Assembly (NCBI GenBank): GCA_043803405.1
Contig: JAZDKB010000004.1
Coordinates: forward strand, 1 to 64,000
DNA length: 64,000 nucleotides
Reading direction: 5' to 3'
DNA from: Spirochaetota bacterium
GTDB lineage: Bacteria; Spirochaetota; UBA4802; JAFGDQ01
The notes under the pieces are model-generated. The model did not search any database. It was not told where the DNA came from and was given only the letters and a program-made list of their open reading frames with translations. Within the stretch, counting starts at the first letter, position 1; each line of letters begins with the position of its first letter. Both the position numbers and the translations under genes were made by a program. Below are positions 37,888 to 47,041 of the stretch, one piece after another.

Positions 37888-38768
37888 AGGACTTTAAAAC
37901 AGGCACACTTTACAGAGTGGCAACAGGAGTGATCGGACTGCCTGTTTACTTTCTCGCACTTGCTTTTGATTATTTTAATTCTATAGGCGTGCTAATCGTC
38001 TCCCTTGCGGTCAGCCTGTTATCTCTATATGAATATTATAAGATCAGCGATAAGGAAAAAGACGGCAAACCGTTTGTTGTATTTGGAATTATTGCTGGCG
38101 CTGCTGTAAATTTAATAATGTACTATTACGCGTTCGGAAACAGGCTCGGTTTTTACTGCCCGGCCGATCTTGATGCGCGGATGATCTTTATTTTAATGAC
38201 GCTTTTCCTTTCAGTAATACTGGTCATTCAATTATTCGGCAGGCCGATAAAAGGCGGAATATATTCATTGTCGGCGACCGTATTCGGTGTTGTATATATT
38301 GTCTTTTTCTTCTCGCATATAATATTGCTCAAGGCTTTACAGAACGGTTTTTTATATATACTTATTTTAAATATTGTTGTTATGATAAATGATACGATGG
38401 CGTATTTCGGAGGGAGTTTATTCGGCAGGCATAAACTGAATTTTCCAGTATCGCCGAATAAATCGTGGGAGGGATATTTCTCCGGCCTGATTTTTAGCGT
38501 TATTTTCATGGCTGCGACAAATGAAATTTATGATGTATTCCTGAATATCCGCCTGTTTTCCTTTGCGGAATCTATTGTTCTGGGTATTGTTTTCAGCATG
38601 CTTGGGCATATTGGCGACCTGGTAGAATCCGCTGTTAAAAGAGACGGCCTTAAAAAAGATTCGGGCAGCCTGCTTCCCGGGCACGGAGGAATGTGGGATG
38701 TCTTTGACGCTTTGATATTTTCTCTGCCTTTCTTCTATTATTATTTGATACTCAAAGGCGTTAATTGA
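37881..38768 (+). CDS. cdsA: Phosphatidate cytidylyltransferase
   Basis: SPNKSWEG and GDLVESAVKR...KDSG.LLPGHGG..D motifs. Confidence 0.95.
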   Translation: MVKDFKTGTLYRVATGVIGLPVYFLALAFDYFNSIGVLIVSLAVSLLSLYEYYKISDKEKDGKPFVVFGIIAGAAVNLIMYYYAFGNRLGFYCPADLDARMIFILMTLFLSVILVIQLFGRPIKGGIYSLSATVFGVVYIVFFFSHIILLKALQNGFLYILILNIVVMINDTMAYFGGSLFGRHKLNFPVSPNKSWEGYFSGLIFSVIFMAATNEIYDVFLNIRLFSFAESIVLGIVFSMLGHIGDLVESAVKRDGLKKDSGSLLPGHGGMWDVFDALIFSLPFFYYYLILKGVN

Positions 38769-38834
38769 TCAGGATGTGTTTATTAAAACAGAGTATTAAC
38801 ATACCGTCCTGCCTTATTAAATCTGGATTTGCAA

Positions 38835-39995
38835 ATGTCCTTTAAAAAAATTACCATACTGGGATCAACCGGATCAATCGGGCTATCCGCGTTAAGGGTG
38901 CTCAGATCAATCGATCATGATTTTGAAATATACGGATTAAGCTGTAACAGCAATATAAAATTATTCGAAGAACAATTGAGCGAGTTCAGGCCGGCCGCCG
39001 CCGCTGTTGCTTCTGCCGATGCGTTAAAGTCGGCAGAGTATGCCGGGCTTAAGAAGAAGTTCCCGGGCACGGTTTTCTTTGAAGGCAATGAAGGCGTTGT
39101 GGAGCTTGCCAGGCAGAAGGTTGATATCCTTGTGTCGGCAATTGTGGGAGCTGCAGGGCTTATGCCCACGCTCGCTTCACTTCCAAACATTAAACGCCTG
39201 GCCCTTGCAAATAAAGAGACCCTTGTAACAGCGGGCGGGATCGTCACCAGGAAGGCAAAGGAAAACGGTGTTGAACTGATCCCTGTGGACAGCGAACACA
39301 GCGCGATATTTTCAATGATATGCAACATAGATCCGTCTGCCGTAAGCAGGCTCATCCTTACTGCTTCGGGCGGCAGTTTGCGCAATAGATCAATTGAAGA
39401 GATGGAAAGGATTACGCCCGAAGAAGCACTGAAGCATCCCACATGGGATATGGGCAGCAAGATAACTATTGACTCCGCCACGCTGTTCAATAAAGGATTC
39501 GAAGTAATAGAGTCGCATCATCTGTTTAATGTCGGTTATGATTCTATAAGCGTTATAATCCATCCTGAGAGCATTATACATTCAATGGTGGAAACAAGGG
39601 ACGGCGTGATATACGCTTACATGAGCGTGCCGGATATGGCCTTCCCGATTCACAACGCGCTTGTTTATCCGGAAATAAAAGCAAACCCGTTCGGCAGGCT
39701 GGACCTTGCCAGAGTGGGAAAACTCGAGTTTTACGAATACGACAGAAAAAGATTCCCTGGGCTGGAATTGTGTTATTCCGCGGGCAGGGCAGGCGGTACA
39801 ATGCCTGCCGTTCTTAACGCTGCAAACGAAGTGGCTGTAAACGCTTTTCTTGGGAAGAAAATATTATTTACAGATATAGTAAAAATAGTTGAAAAGACAA
39901 TGGGTAAGCATAAGATGATAAATGATCCGGATATATCGGATATATTTGAGTCTGATAAATGGGCGAGGGAGATTGCAAACAGCTTAATAGCATGA
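38835..39995 (+). CDS. dxr: 1-deoxy-D-xylulose-5-phosphate reductoisomerase
   Basis: ILGSTGSIG, LANKE, PVDSEH and HPTWDMGSKITIDSAT motifs. Confidence 0.97.
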   Translation: MSFKKITILGSTGSIGLSALRVLRSIDHDFEIYGLSCNSNIKLFEEQLSEFRPAAAAVASADALKSAEYAGLKKKFPGTVFFEGNEGVVELARQKVDILVSAIVGAAGLMPTLASLPNIKRLALANKETLVTAGGIVTRKAKENGVELIPVDSEHSAIFSMICNIDPSAVSRLILTASGGSLRNRSIEEMERITPEEALKHPTWDMGSKITIDSATLFNKGFEVIESHHLFNVGYDSISVIIHPESIIHSMVETRDGVIYAYMSVPDMAFPIHNALVYPEIKANPFGRLDLARVGKLEFYEYDRKRFPGLELCYSAGRAGGTMPAVLNAANEVAVNAFLGKKILFTDIVKIVEKTMGKHKMINDPDISDIFESDKWAREIANSLIA

Positions 39996-40036
39996 CATAT
40001 TTTAACAATTTTCGAAAATCAATTTAAGGAAAAAAA

Positions 40037-41605
40037 ATGATAACATTAACTTATATTTTAGCCGCAGTCATTCTTCTGGGGCTTTGTATTTTTATTCATG
40101 AACTGGGACATCTTCTGGGCGGCAAAATGGTAGGAATTAAAGCCAAGGTCTTTTCGATCGGCTACGGCAAAGGCGTATTAAAAAAGAAGATCGGAGAAAC
40201 AACATACCAGGTAACCCTTATCCCGTTCGGAGGGTTCTGCCAGTTCTACGGCGAGGATCCGTCCGAGAAGAGAGAGGGAAAGGGGTATGAATTCCTGAGC
40301 GCAAGCCCTTTGCGCAGGGTCGTTACTGTGCTTATGGGGCCTCTTTTTAACCTGTTCTTCGGCATTCTGCTATTCTTTGCAATGAATCTTATCGGGTACT
40401 CGACAGAAACAAACCAGGTAACCATACCAACATACCTGAGAGAAGGTTCATATATCTCGCCTGCCTATAAAGCGGGAATACAGGATAAGGACAGAATAAT
40501 CGAAATAAACGGGTATAAAATAGTAAATTTTTTCGACATCCGCAGCAGGATAATGTTTTCTGAAGGAAAGCAAACTGCCATAAAGGTGGAAAGAGACGGG
40601 AAGACGCTCAGTTATAATATAACTCCGCAGAAATACGGGGAAAAGGATCATTATACCATAGGTGTTATGCCTTACGGTGAGCGAATACTGGTAGTAGGCG
40701 CTCTTAAGGAGGATGTCGCAGCCAGGGCCGGGATTGAACAGTATGATGAGATCAAATCGGTAAACGGCACAAAAGTTACTTCCGCGAAAGAATTTACTGA
40801 GGTAGTAAGGGCAAATCCCGGGAAAGAGCTGAACCTGGAAATAATCCGCGCCAATAAGCAAATGAATGTTTCAGTTACGCCCAGGGTCAGGGAAATCCTT
40901 TCAATCCGCCAGTTCGAAGACGGCCGCTTTAAAAATGAAAAATTCGAAGTTGTTATAGACAAGATGGATATAGTAAAAAAAGCAATCAATAAAAAGAAAT
41001 TAAAGATTAATGATAAAGCCGTCGCTTCATTCGACCAGTTTAAAAAAATGCTGTCGGATAATAAAGATAAGGTCATCAGGCTCTCGAACAGCGGCGGGAA
41101 CTATAATGGAGTTATAAGCTACGATTCATTCGGATTTATCGGCGTGGAGACTGCAGTATCCCCGGATATGAAAGAAGTAAAATACGGCGTAATAAGCGGT
41201 TTCTGGAGAGCGCTGGTTGAACCGTATTACTTTGTCGTTATGAATATAAAGGGAATGGGGATGATGTTCTCCGGCCAACTTGATGTAAGGGAAAACCTGT
41301 CCGGGCCGCTTAAGATCGCAAAGATCGCGGGCGATGTTGCCTATTACAAAGGAGTATCCGCGTTTATACTGCTAATGGCACAGATATCCATTATACTTAT
41401 GGTAATGAATCTGCTTCCTATTCCTGTAGTTGACGGCAGCTTTATATTGTTCTTTCTTTATGAAGCTATTCGAGGAAAGCCAATAAATGAAAAGATAATG
41501 CAGAAGATACAGTATGTGGGCATGGGCTTGCTTATTGCGATGGGAGTTTTTGTCATATTCAACGATCTCTCGTTTTTCCCATTCTTCCAGAAGCTGTTTA
41601 ATTAA
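40037..41605 (+). CDS. rseP: RIP metalloprotease RseP with PDZ domains
   Basis: HELGH and NLLPIPVVDG motifs; canonical position after dxr. Confidence 0.93.
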   Translation: MITLTYILAAVILLGLCIFIHELGHLLGGKMVGIKAKVFSIGYGKGVLKKKIGETTYQVTLIPFGGFCQFYGEDPSEKREGKGYEFLSASPLRRVVTVLMGPLFNLFFGILLFFAMNLIGYSTETNQVTIPTYLREGSYISPAYKAGIQDKDRIIEINGYKIVNFFDIRSRIMFSEGKQTAIKVERDGKTLSYNITPQKYGEKDHYTIGVMPYGERILVVGALKEDVAARAGIEQYDEIKSVNGTKVTSAKEFTEVVRANPGKELNLEIIRANKQMNVSVTPRVREILSIRQFEDGRFKNEKFEVVIDKMDIVKKAINKKKLKINDKAVASFDQFKKMLSDNKDKVIRLSNSGGNYNGVISYDSFGFIGVETAVSPDMKEVKYGVISGFWRALVEPYYFVVMNIKGMGMMFSGQLDVRENLSGPLKIAKIAGDVAYYKGVSAFILLMAQISIILMVMNLLPIPVVDGSFILFFLYEAIRGKPINEKIMQKIQYVGMGLLIAMGVFVIFNDLSFFPFFQKLFN

Positions 41606-41617
41606 ACTTTTGGCAGG

Positions 41618-42367
41618 GTGATTATGCGTGTACTGATTATTAACGGAAGCGCAAGGGGCATTGAAGGCGTAACAGCCAGGATGGCAATTAGCATGACTAA
41701 CGGCCTTTCGGAAAGCGGTGCTGAAGTAAAACATATTTTTGTGAACGGCATGGATATTTCGCCATGCAGGGCGTGTATGTCGTGCATGCACGATAGTCCG
41801 GGCATTTGCACAGTAAAGGATGACATGACCGGCATCTACGACGACTTTCAGCATTCCGATGTATTTGTAATGGCGACTCCGGTATATGCAGACAGCATGC
41901 CTGCACAGCTTAAAATGATAATCGACCGCAGCACCTGCTGCATGAATCCGTATTTAACTAAGGATGAATGGGGCAGGGTGAGGCATTTTTATACGTGGCG
42001 CATGCCTGCTAAGTTTCTCCTTCTCTCAACTTCGGGCTTTCCGGAAACCGAAACCTTTGCTCCTCTGGTCGCGACCTTCAGGGCACAGGCAAACAGTTTC
42101 GGCTCGGAGGCAATTGGCGAGATTTGCATTCCCGGCGCCATTGCTTTTCAAATGGAGCCGTCGGTCATGGAAGGGCATCTTGCGCTCCTAAAGGAGGCGG
42201 GTAGAATGCTCGGCAAAACCGGGAGCATATCCGGCGAGCTGTTGAATGTCCTGAATACACCGCCTTTAAATACAGACCAATATTTGGCTATAGCGAAAAA
42301 ATATGAGGAATGGATCTCGAAACAGCTAAACAAATGCAGGGCAAACGCCCGCGGCTTTGCGGGCTGA
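41618..42367 (+). CDS. Flavodoxin-fold iron-sulfur flavoprotein family protein
   Basis: INGSAR, CRACMSC....C, DDM and ATPVY motifs. Confidence 0.85.
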   Translation: MIMRVLIINGSARGIEGVTARMAISMTNGLSESGAEVKHIFVNGMDISPCRACMSCMHDSPGICTVKDDMTGIYDDFQHSDVFVMATPVYADSMPAQLKMIIDRSTCCMNPYLTKDEWGRVRHFYTWRMPAKFLLLSTSGFPETETFAPLVATFRAQANSFGSEAIGEICIPGAIAFQMEPSVMEGHLALLKEAGRMLGKTGSISGELLNVLNTPPLNTDQYLAIAKKYEEWISKQLNKCRANARGFAG

Positions 42368-42369
42368 GG

Positions 42370-43203
42370 CTACTCAAACGCCTTAAGCCTGTCTTTCCAG
42401 TCAAGCCCCAGGAACTTTGCAATGTGAACGGTGCTGCCGCGCATCCGGTTCGCGAAGTTTTCTGCCGAAAGCAGTTTACGCTTCAGGAAATAATCGTTTC
42501 GTATCCGCATGGCATTTATTGAGTAATAGAAATATCCTTTTGATTCCTTATCATAAATAAAAAAAGAAACAAGCTGATATTCTTCCTTATTATTTATCAA
42601 AATAAAATATTTTTCCATCGGCTGAATACATACGTTTTTTAAAATAAAGTTATCTCCGTCGTTATATATTTCGCTTCTAAAGAGCAGGCTGCCGAACCTG
42701 TTGTCCGTTGTTTTAAAGTAAAGAACGGTTTTTGGGGATATTGCAGTGTATACAGTATCTTTTAAAGGCTTTTTCATATCTGTTGAATCGATATGCTGCG
42801 AACCTGTAATCAGTTTGCCGGTTTTTCCGCTTGTTTTGGAATAGTAGCGCATGCCGGATAATTTTGATGGTGCTGCAAGCGTATTATAGATAGACAGTTT
42901 TGTTTTATCGTTTAATGCGAAGGGGAAAAACGCTTTTTCGATGCAGATCATTTCATATTCCGCGGTTTCTTTTCCGATGAAGCCGGTTGCGGGAAAACTG
43001 ATTTGCGCGTCCGTGCCGGAAGTGTGAACAATTCCGTTATATTTAAGGTAACTCTTTGTGATTATATTGCCCTTCCTTAGTGTTTCTTTCTCTGTTTTAC
43101 TGAAAAATTTATCGGCAGATATGCGTTCTTCTGCAAATGCGAAGGCAGCAATTATCAGAAAAAGATACGTTATAAATATTGTTTGCTTGCAGTATCTGCT
43201 CAT
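42370..43203 (-). CDS. Exported hypothetical protein (DUF6675-like)
   Basis: Signal peptide; YNTL...SKLSGMRYYS and TDNRFG motifs. The ORF track starts at 43290. Confidence 0.6.
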   Translation of the reverse strand: MSRYCKQTIFITYLFLIIAAFAFAEERISADKFFSKTEKETLRKGNIITKSYLKYNGIVHTSGTDAQISFPATGFIGKETAEYEMICIEKAFFPFALNDKTKLSIYNTLAAPSKLSGMRYYSKTSGKTGKLITGSQHIDSTDMKKPLKDTVYTAISPKTVLYFKTTDNRFGSLLFRSEIYNDGDNFILKNVCIQPMEKYFILINNKEEYQLVSFFIYDKESKGYFYYSINAMRIRNDYFLKRKLLSAENFANRMRGSTVHIAKFLGLDWKDRLKAFE

Positions 43204-43489
43204 TTTATATAATCCCGATTTCTTAAATTGTGCATTATTTGACGGAATAGTCACTCGATTTACCTGGTAAAATAGATTCTTTGTATTCAAATTATATCCT
43301 GAAAAACATTTTCCAAGTAAACCACAAATTAATAATTATATGCTAAAATATGATTTTCACTGCTAAAAACACGTTTTATGTTACTAAATTGTTAAATTAT
43401 TTGAATATTTAGTAGTAAAAAGCAACAAATATTGACAGATTTTGCGTATATCTTGTATCTTAACATTAATAAATGATTTGGAGGAATTC

Positions 43490-45661
43490 ATGAGAAATAC
43501 TAAACCAACAATTACAGCAGAAAGGAGTGATATGGAATTTAATGAGATTGACAAGCCGGTATCGTTATATTTCGGCGAGAATACGTTTAATGAAAAAGTT
43601 ATGAAAGCAAAGCTGCCCAAGGATGTGTTTAAAAGGCTGACTGAAATTATAGAAAAAAACAAGAAGCTGGATATTGACACGGCGAACACGATCGCTCACG
43701 CCATGAAGGAATGGGCAATGGAGAACGGCGCTACGCACTTTGCGCACTGGTTCCAGCCCATGACGGGCATTACAGCGGAAAAGCACGATGCCTTTATTGA
43801 GCCTGTCGGCGGAGGCGAAGTGATAGAAAGATTTTCCGGGAAACAACTCGTCCAGGGCGAGCCGGACGCGTCAAGTTTCCCGAGCGGCGGCATACGCGCC
43901 ACATTCGAAGCAAGGGGATATACCGCATGGGATATGTCGAGCCCGGCTTTTTTAAGAAAGAACGGTTCGGGAGCGACGCTCTGCATCCCGACTGCGTTTA
44001 TTTCCTATACCGGAGAGGCGCTCGATAAAAAGACTCCGCTGCTGCGCTCAATCAGCGCTGTTAATAAAAGCGCGCTTAGAATATTAAGACTTCTCGGCAA
44101 CAGGAAATCAAAAAAGATAATATCCAACCTGGGTCCCGAGCAGGAATATTTCTTAATAGATAAGGATTATTTTTATAGAAGACAGGACCTTGTGCTTACA
44201 GGCAGAACGCTTATAGGCGCGCCGCCGGCAAAAGGACAGGAACTCGAGGATCAATATTTCGGAAGCATAAAAGAAAGGATACAAGTGTACATGCATGATA
44301 TTGAGAAAGAACTTTACAAGCTTGGAATCCCGGCGAAGACGCGTCACAATGAGGTGGCGCCCAGCCAGTTTGAGCTGGCTCCCATTTTTGAAGAAGCCAA
44401 TTTAGCCGTGGATCACAATCAGCTTGTTATGGATACAATGCACAGGATCGCGAAGCATCATAATCTTGCATGCCTGCTTCACGAGAAGCCGTTTGCAAGG
44501 ATAAACGGCTCGGGGAAACACCTGAACTGGTCTTTGGCAGATACGGACGGCAACAATATGTTTGAACCGGGTAAAACGCCTCATGATAACATGCAGTTTC
44601 TCGTGTTCCTGATCGCAGCTATCAAGGCTGTATATGAGTACAGCGACATTCTCCGCTCATCAGTCGCTTACGCTGCTAACGATCACAGGCTGGGAGCGAA
44701 TGAAGCTCCGCCTGCAATCATTTCGGTTTTCCTGGGAGATCAGCTTACCAAGATTCTTGATGATATTGAGAAAGGATGTGTGAGCGATGTTTGCGACGAT
44801 GCAATTATCGATCTCGGGTTATCTTCGCTTCCTCTGGTGAGCAAGGATACTACGGACAGGAACAGGACATCGCCGTTCGCGTTTACGGGAAACAAGTTCG
44901 AGTTCAGGGCGGTCGGGTCATCGCAGTCAATATCTTTCCCTGCCACTACGTTGAATACAATTGTGGCAGCGGCTCTGGATGAACTGGCCGACAAGCTGGA
45001 GGCGAAAAAGGATACGGATATTAAACAGGCTATCTTTGATCTAATCAGGGAAGAATTAAAGAAGATAAAAGCGGTTCTCTTTATGGGAGATAATTACTCC
45101 GAAGAATGGCACAAAGAAGCGGAGAGAAGAGGTCTTCCAAATTTAAAGACTACCCCGGAGGCTCTAATGGCGCTTAATAAAGAAAAAGCTATGAACCTTT
45201 TCGACAAGTATGGAGTTTTATCCAAGGTCGAATTGAAATCCAGATACCATATCTGGCTGGAGAAATACTCTAAGGAAATCGAGATAGAAGCAAAGGCACT
45301 CTACGATATGGTAATTACGCAGGTCATACCTTCAGGGCTGAAATATCAGAAAGAGCTGGCTGAGTCAATTGCCAGCACCTCGAATGCGGTCGGAAGCGGA
45401 GCAGATTTATCCGTACAGAAGGATTTCCTGATAGGCATAGTAATGCTTATAAGCAGCATCAAATCGGCTGCGTCGAAATTAAAAGTGAGCTATGAAAAGG
45501 GCGGATCAATCAAAGATGAGCAGGAAAAGGCCGACTATTACTGCCGTGAAGTAAAAGCAAAGATGGATGCTATAAGAGAAGATGTGGATAAGCTTGAATC
45601 AATGGTTGATGATGAATCGTGGGCACTCCCGAAATTCTGGGAAATGCTTTTCATAAGCTAG
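43490..45661 (+). CDS. glnN: Glutamine synthetase type III
   Basis: HWFQPMTG.TAEKHD, GEPDASSFP.GG.R.TFEARGYTAWD, NGSGKH, HRLGANEAPP and DRNRTSPFAFTGNKFEFRAVG motifs. Alternative start at 43532. Confidence 0.95.
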   Translation: MRNTKPTITAERSDMEFNEIDKPVSLYFGENTFNEKVMKAKLPKDVFKRLTEIIEKNKKLDIDTANTIAHAMKEWAMENGATHFAHWFQPMTGITAEKHDAFIEPVGGGEVIERFSGKQLVQGEPDASSFPSGGIRATFEARGYTAWDMSSPAFLRKNGSGATLCIPTAFISYTGEALDKKTPLLRSISAVNKSALRILRLLGNRKSKKIISNLGPEQEYFLIDKDYFYRRQDLVLTGRTLIGAPPAKGQELEDQYFGSIKERIQVYMHDIEKELYKLGIPAKTRHNEVAPSQFELAPIFEEANLAVDHNQLVMDTMHRIAKHHNLACLLHEKPFARINGSGKHLNWSLADTDGNNMFEPGKTPHDNMQFLVFLIAAIKAVYEYSDILRSSVAYAANDHRLGANEAPPAIISVFLGDQLTKILDDIEKGCVSDVCDDAIIDLGLSSLPLVSKDTTDRNRTSPFAFTGNKFEFRAVGSSQSISFPATTLNTIVAAALDELADKLEAKKDTDIKQAIFDLIREELKKIKAVLFMGDNYSEEWHKEAERRGLPNLKTTPEALMALNKEKAMNLFDKYGVLSKVELKSRYHIWLEKYSKEIEIEAKALYDMVITQVIPSGLKYQKELAESIASTSNAVGSGADLSVQKDFLIGIVMLISSIKSAASKLKVSYEKGGSIKDEQEKADYYCREVKAKMDAIREDVDKLESMVDDESWALPKFWEMLFIS

Positions 45662-45688
45662 CGTCTTAACTGTATAAATTCAAATTTA

Positions 45689-45787
45689 TTTTGCCACAGA
45701 GACACGGAGTCACAGAGAAGACAAATTAATTATTTTTATAATAAAAACTAAGAAAAAACTCAGTGTCTCTGTGACTCTGTGGCAAAA
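45689..45787. repeat. Inverted 29-bp arms of CACAGAG-type octamers (25/29 complementary)
   Basis: TTTTGCCACAGAGACACGGAGTCACAGAG ... CTCAGTGTCTCTGTGACTCTGTGGCAAAA. Confidence 0.8.
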
Positions 45788-45792
45788 ACAGC

Positions 45793-45826
45793 AAAGCCCG
45801 CGGAATGCAAAACCGCGGGCTTTTTT
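45793..45826 (+). terminator. Rho-independent terminator between convergent glnN and coaB
   Basis: AAA-GCCCGCGG-loop-CCGCGGGC-TTTTTT. Confidence 0.85.
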
Positions 45827-45828
45827 AT

Positions 45829-46524
45829 TTAATTCAATTCACCTTCTATCTCGTTCAGTATTCTGTTTGCTGCTTCCGGTTTTGTGAGCAGCGGCAGATC
45901 AATTTTGTTTGCTGAATCATTCCCCTTTTTGTTCCTGATAAATATGGTGATCAGGTTGGTATCTGTGCCGAAACCCGCGTCCTTTTGCGTAACGTCGTTA
46001 AGGCATATCATGTCAAGGTTCTTCGCAATGAGCTTTTTAAGAGCATTGTTTTCAGTATTGTCTGTCTCTGCCGCAAAGCCGGCTACGAAAATTCCGCTTA
46101 GCGAAGCGTCCCTCGTTTTTTTTTCTGCAATAAACTTTAGTATGTCCGGATTTTTTGTCAGCTTAAGGATAAGCTCGTCATTGCCGTCTTCTTTTTTTAT
46201 TTTTGTAGACGATCTTTCTGCAGGCCTGTAATCGGCAGGTGCCGCAGCCATAATGATTATGCAATCCGGAGTAAGCTCGTTTATTACGGCATTGAGCAGG
46301 TCGTTTGTGGTTTCAACCTGAACCGATCTGAATCTTTTATCCGTTAACAGGCTGTTGTCAATTGGCCCGTGTATAAAAACAGTTTGTTTTGACCTCGCGG
46401 CAGCCGCCTCTGCAAGAGCAATGCCCATCTTGCCGGATGACGCGTTAGAGATATAGCGCACAGGATCGATCCATTCGCGCGTAGGCCCGCCTGTGACGAT
46501 TATCTTTCTATTCTTTAAGGGCAT
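45829..46524 (-). CDS. coaB: Phosphopantothenate--cysteine ligase (stand-alone CoaB)
   Basis: VTGGPTRE.IDPVRYISN.SSGKMG, AAAPADY and GFAAET motifs. Confidence 0.92.
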   Translation of the reverse strand: MPLKNRKIIVTGGPTREWIDPVRYISNASSGKMGIALAEAAAARSKQTVFIHGPIDNSLLTDKRFRSVQVETTNDLLNAVINELTPDCIIIMAAAPADYRPAERSSTKIKKEDGNDELILKLTKNPDILKFIAEKKTRDASLSGIFVAGFAAETDNTENNALKKLIAKNLDMICLNDVTQKDAGFGTDTNLITIFIRNKKGNDSANKIDLPLLTKPEAANRILNEIEGELN

Positions 46525-47041
46525 TTTCGGCTGCCTCGAATATTTTTTCAATATCTGCGAGCCTGCCTTCGCCTTCATCGCCGCACGCGACTTTGCCTTT
46601 TTCAGGGCTTATGAACCGGACTCCCCATGATTTTAGCTGTTTGATGTTTGCCTGAACGGCCGGGTGAGCCCACATGTTCGGGTTCATCGCAGGTGCTATA
46701 AGCACAGGGCATTTTACAGAGAGGAACGTTGTGCTTACCAGATCGTCCGCGATCCCGTTCGCGAATTTGCCCATTATGTTCGCGGTTGCCGGCGCAACAA
46801 GAAAAAGCGAAGCGTCTTTCTTGAGCTCAATGTGTCCCATCTCTCTCATGTTTTTTACGAAGCTGTCCGAGTATACAGGATTGCCCGAAAGCGTTTCAAG
46901 CGTAAGAGGAGTAATAAGCTCCTTCGAGTTTTCGGTCATTGCAATATAGACCGAATATCCGGATTTCACAAACAGTCTTGTTAAGTCGCAGGCCTTGTAA
47001 GCCGAGATCGAAGAAGTTATTCCAAGAATTATTTTTTTCAT
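46508..47041 (-). CDS. coaC: Phosphopantothenoylcysteine decarboxylase (stand-alone CoaC)
   Basis: ISAYKA, APATAN, APAMN and ACGDEGEGRL motifs. Confidence 0.92.
   Translation of the reverse strand: MKKIILGITSSISAYKACDLTRLFVKSGYSVYIAMTENSKELITPLTLETLSGNPVYSDSFVKNMREMGHIELKKDASLFLVAPATANIMGKFANGIADDLVSTTFLSVKCPVLIAPAMNPNMWAHPAVQANIKQLKSWGVRFISPEKGKVACGDEGEGRLADIEKIFEAAENALKE

Noticed and set aside
45829..47041. Frameshifted coaBC pseudogene
   Set aside because: Both halves are complete domains with a short overlap and their own starts; split coaB and coaC genes are known.
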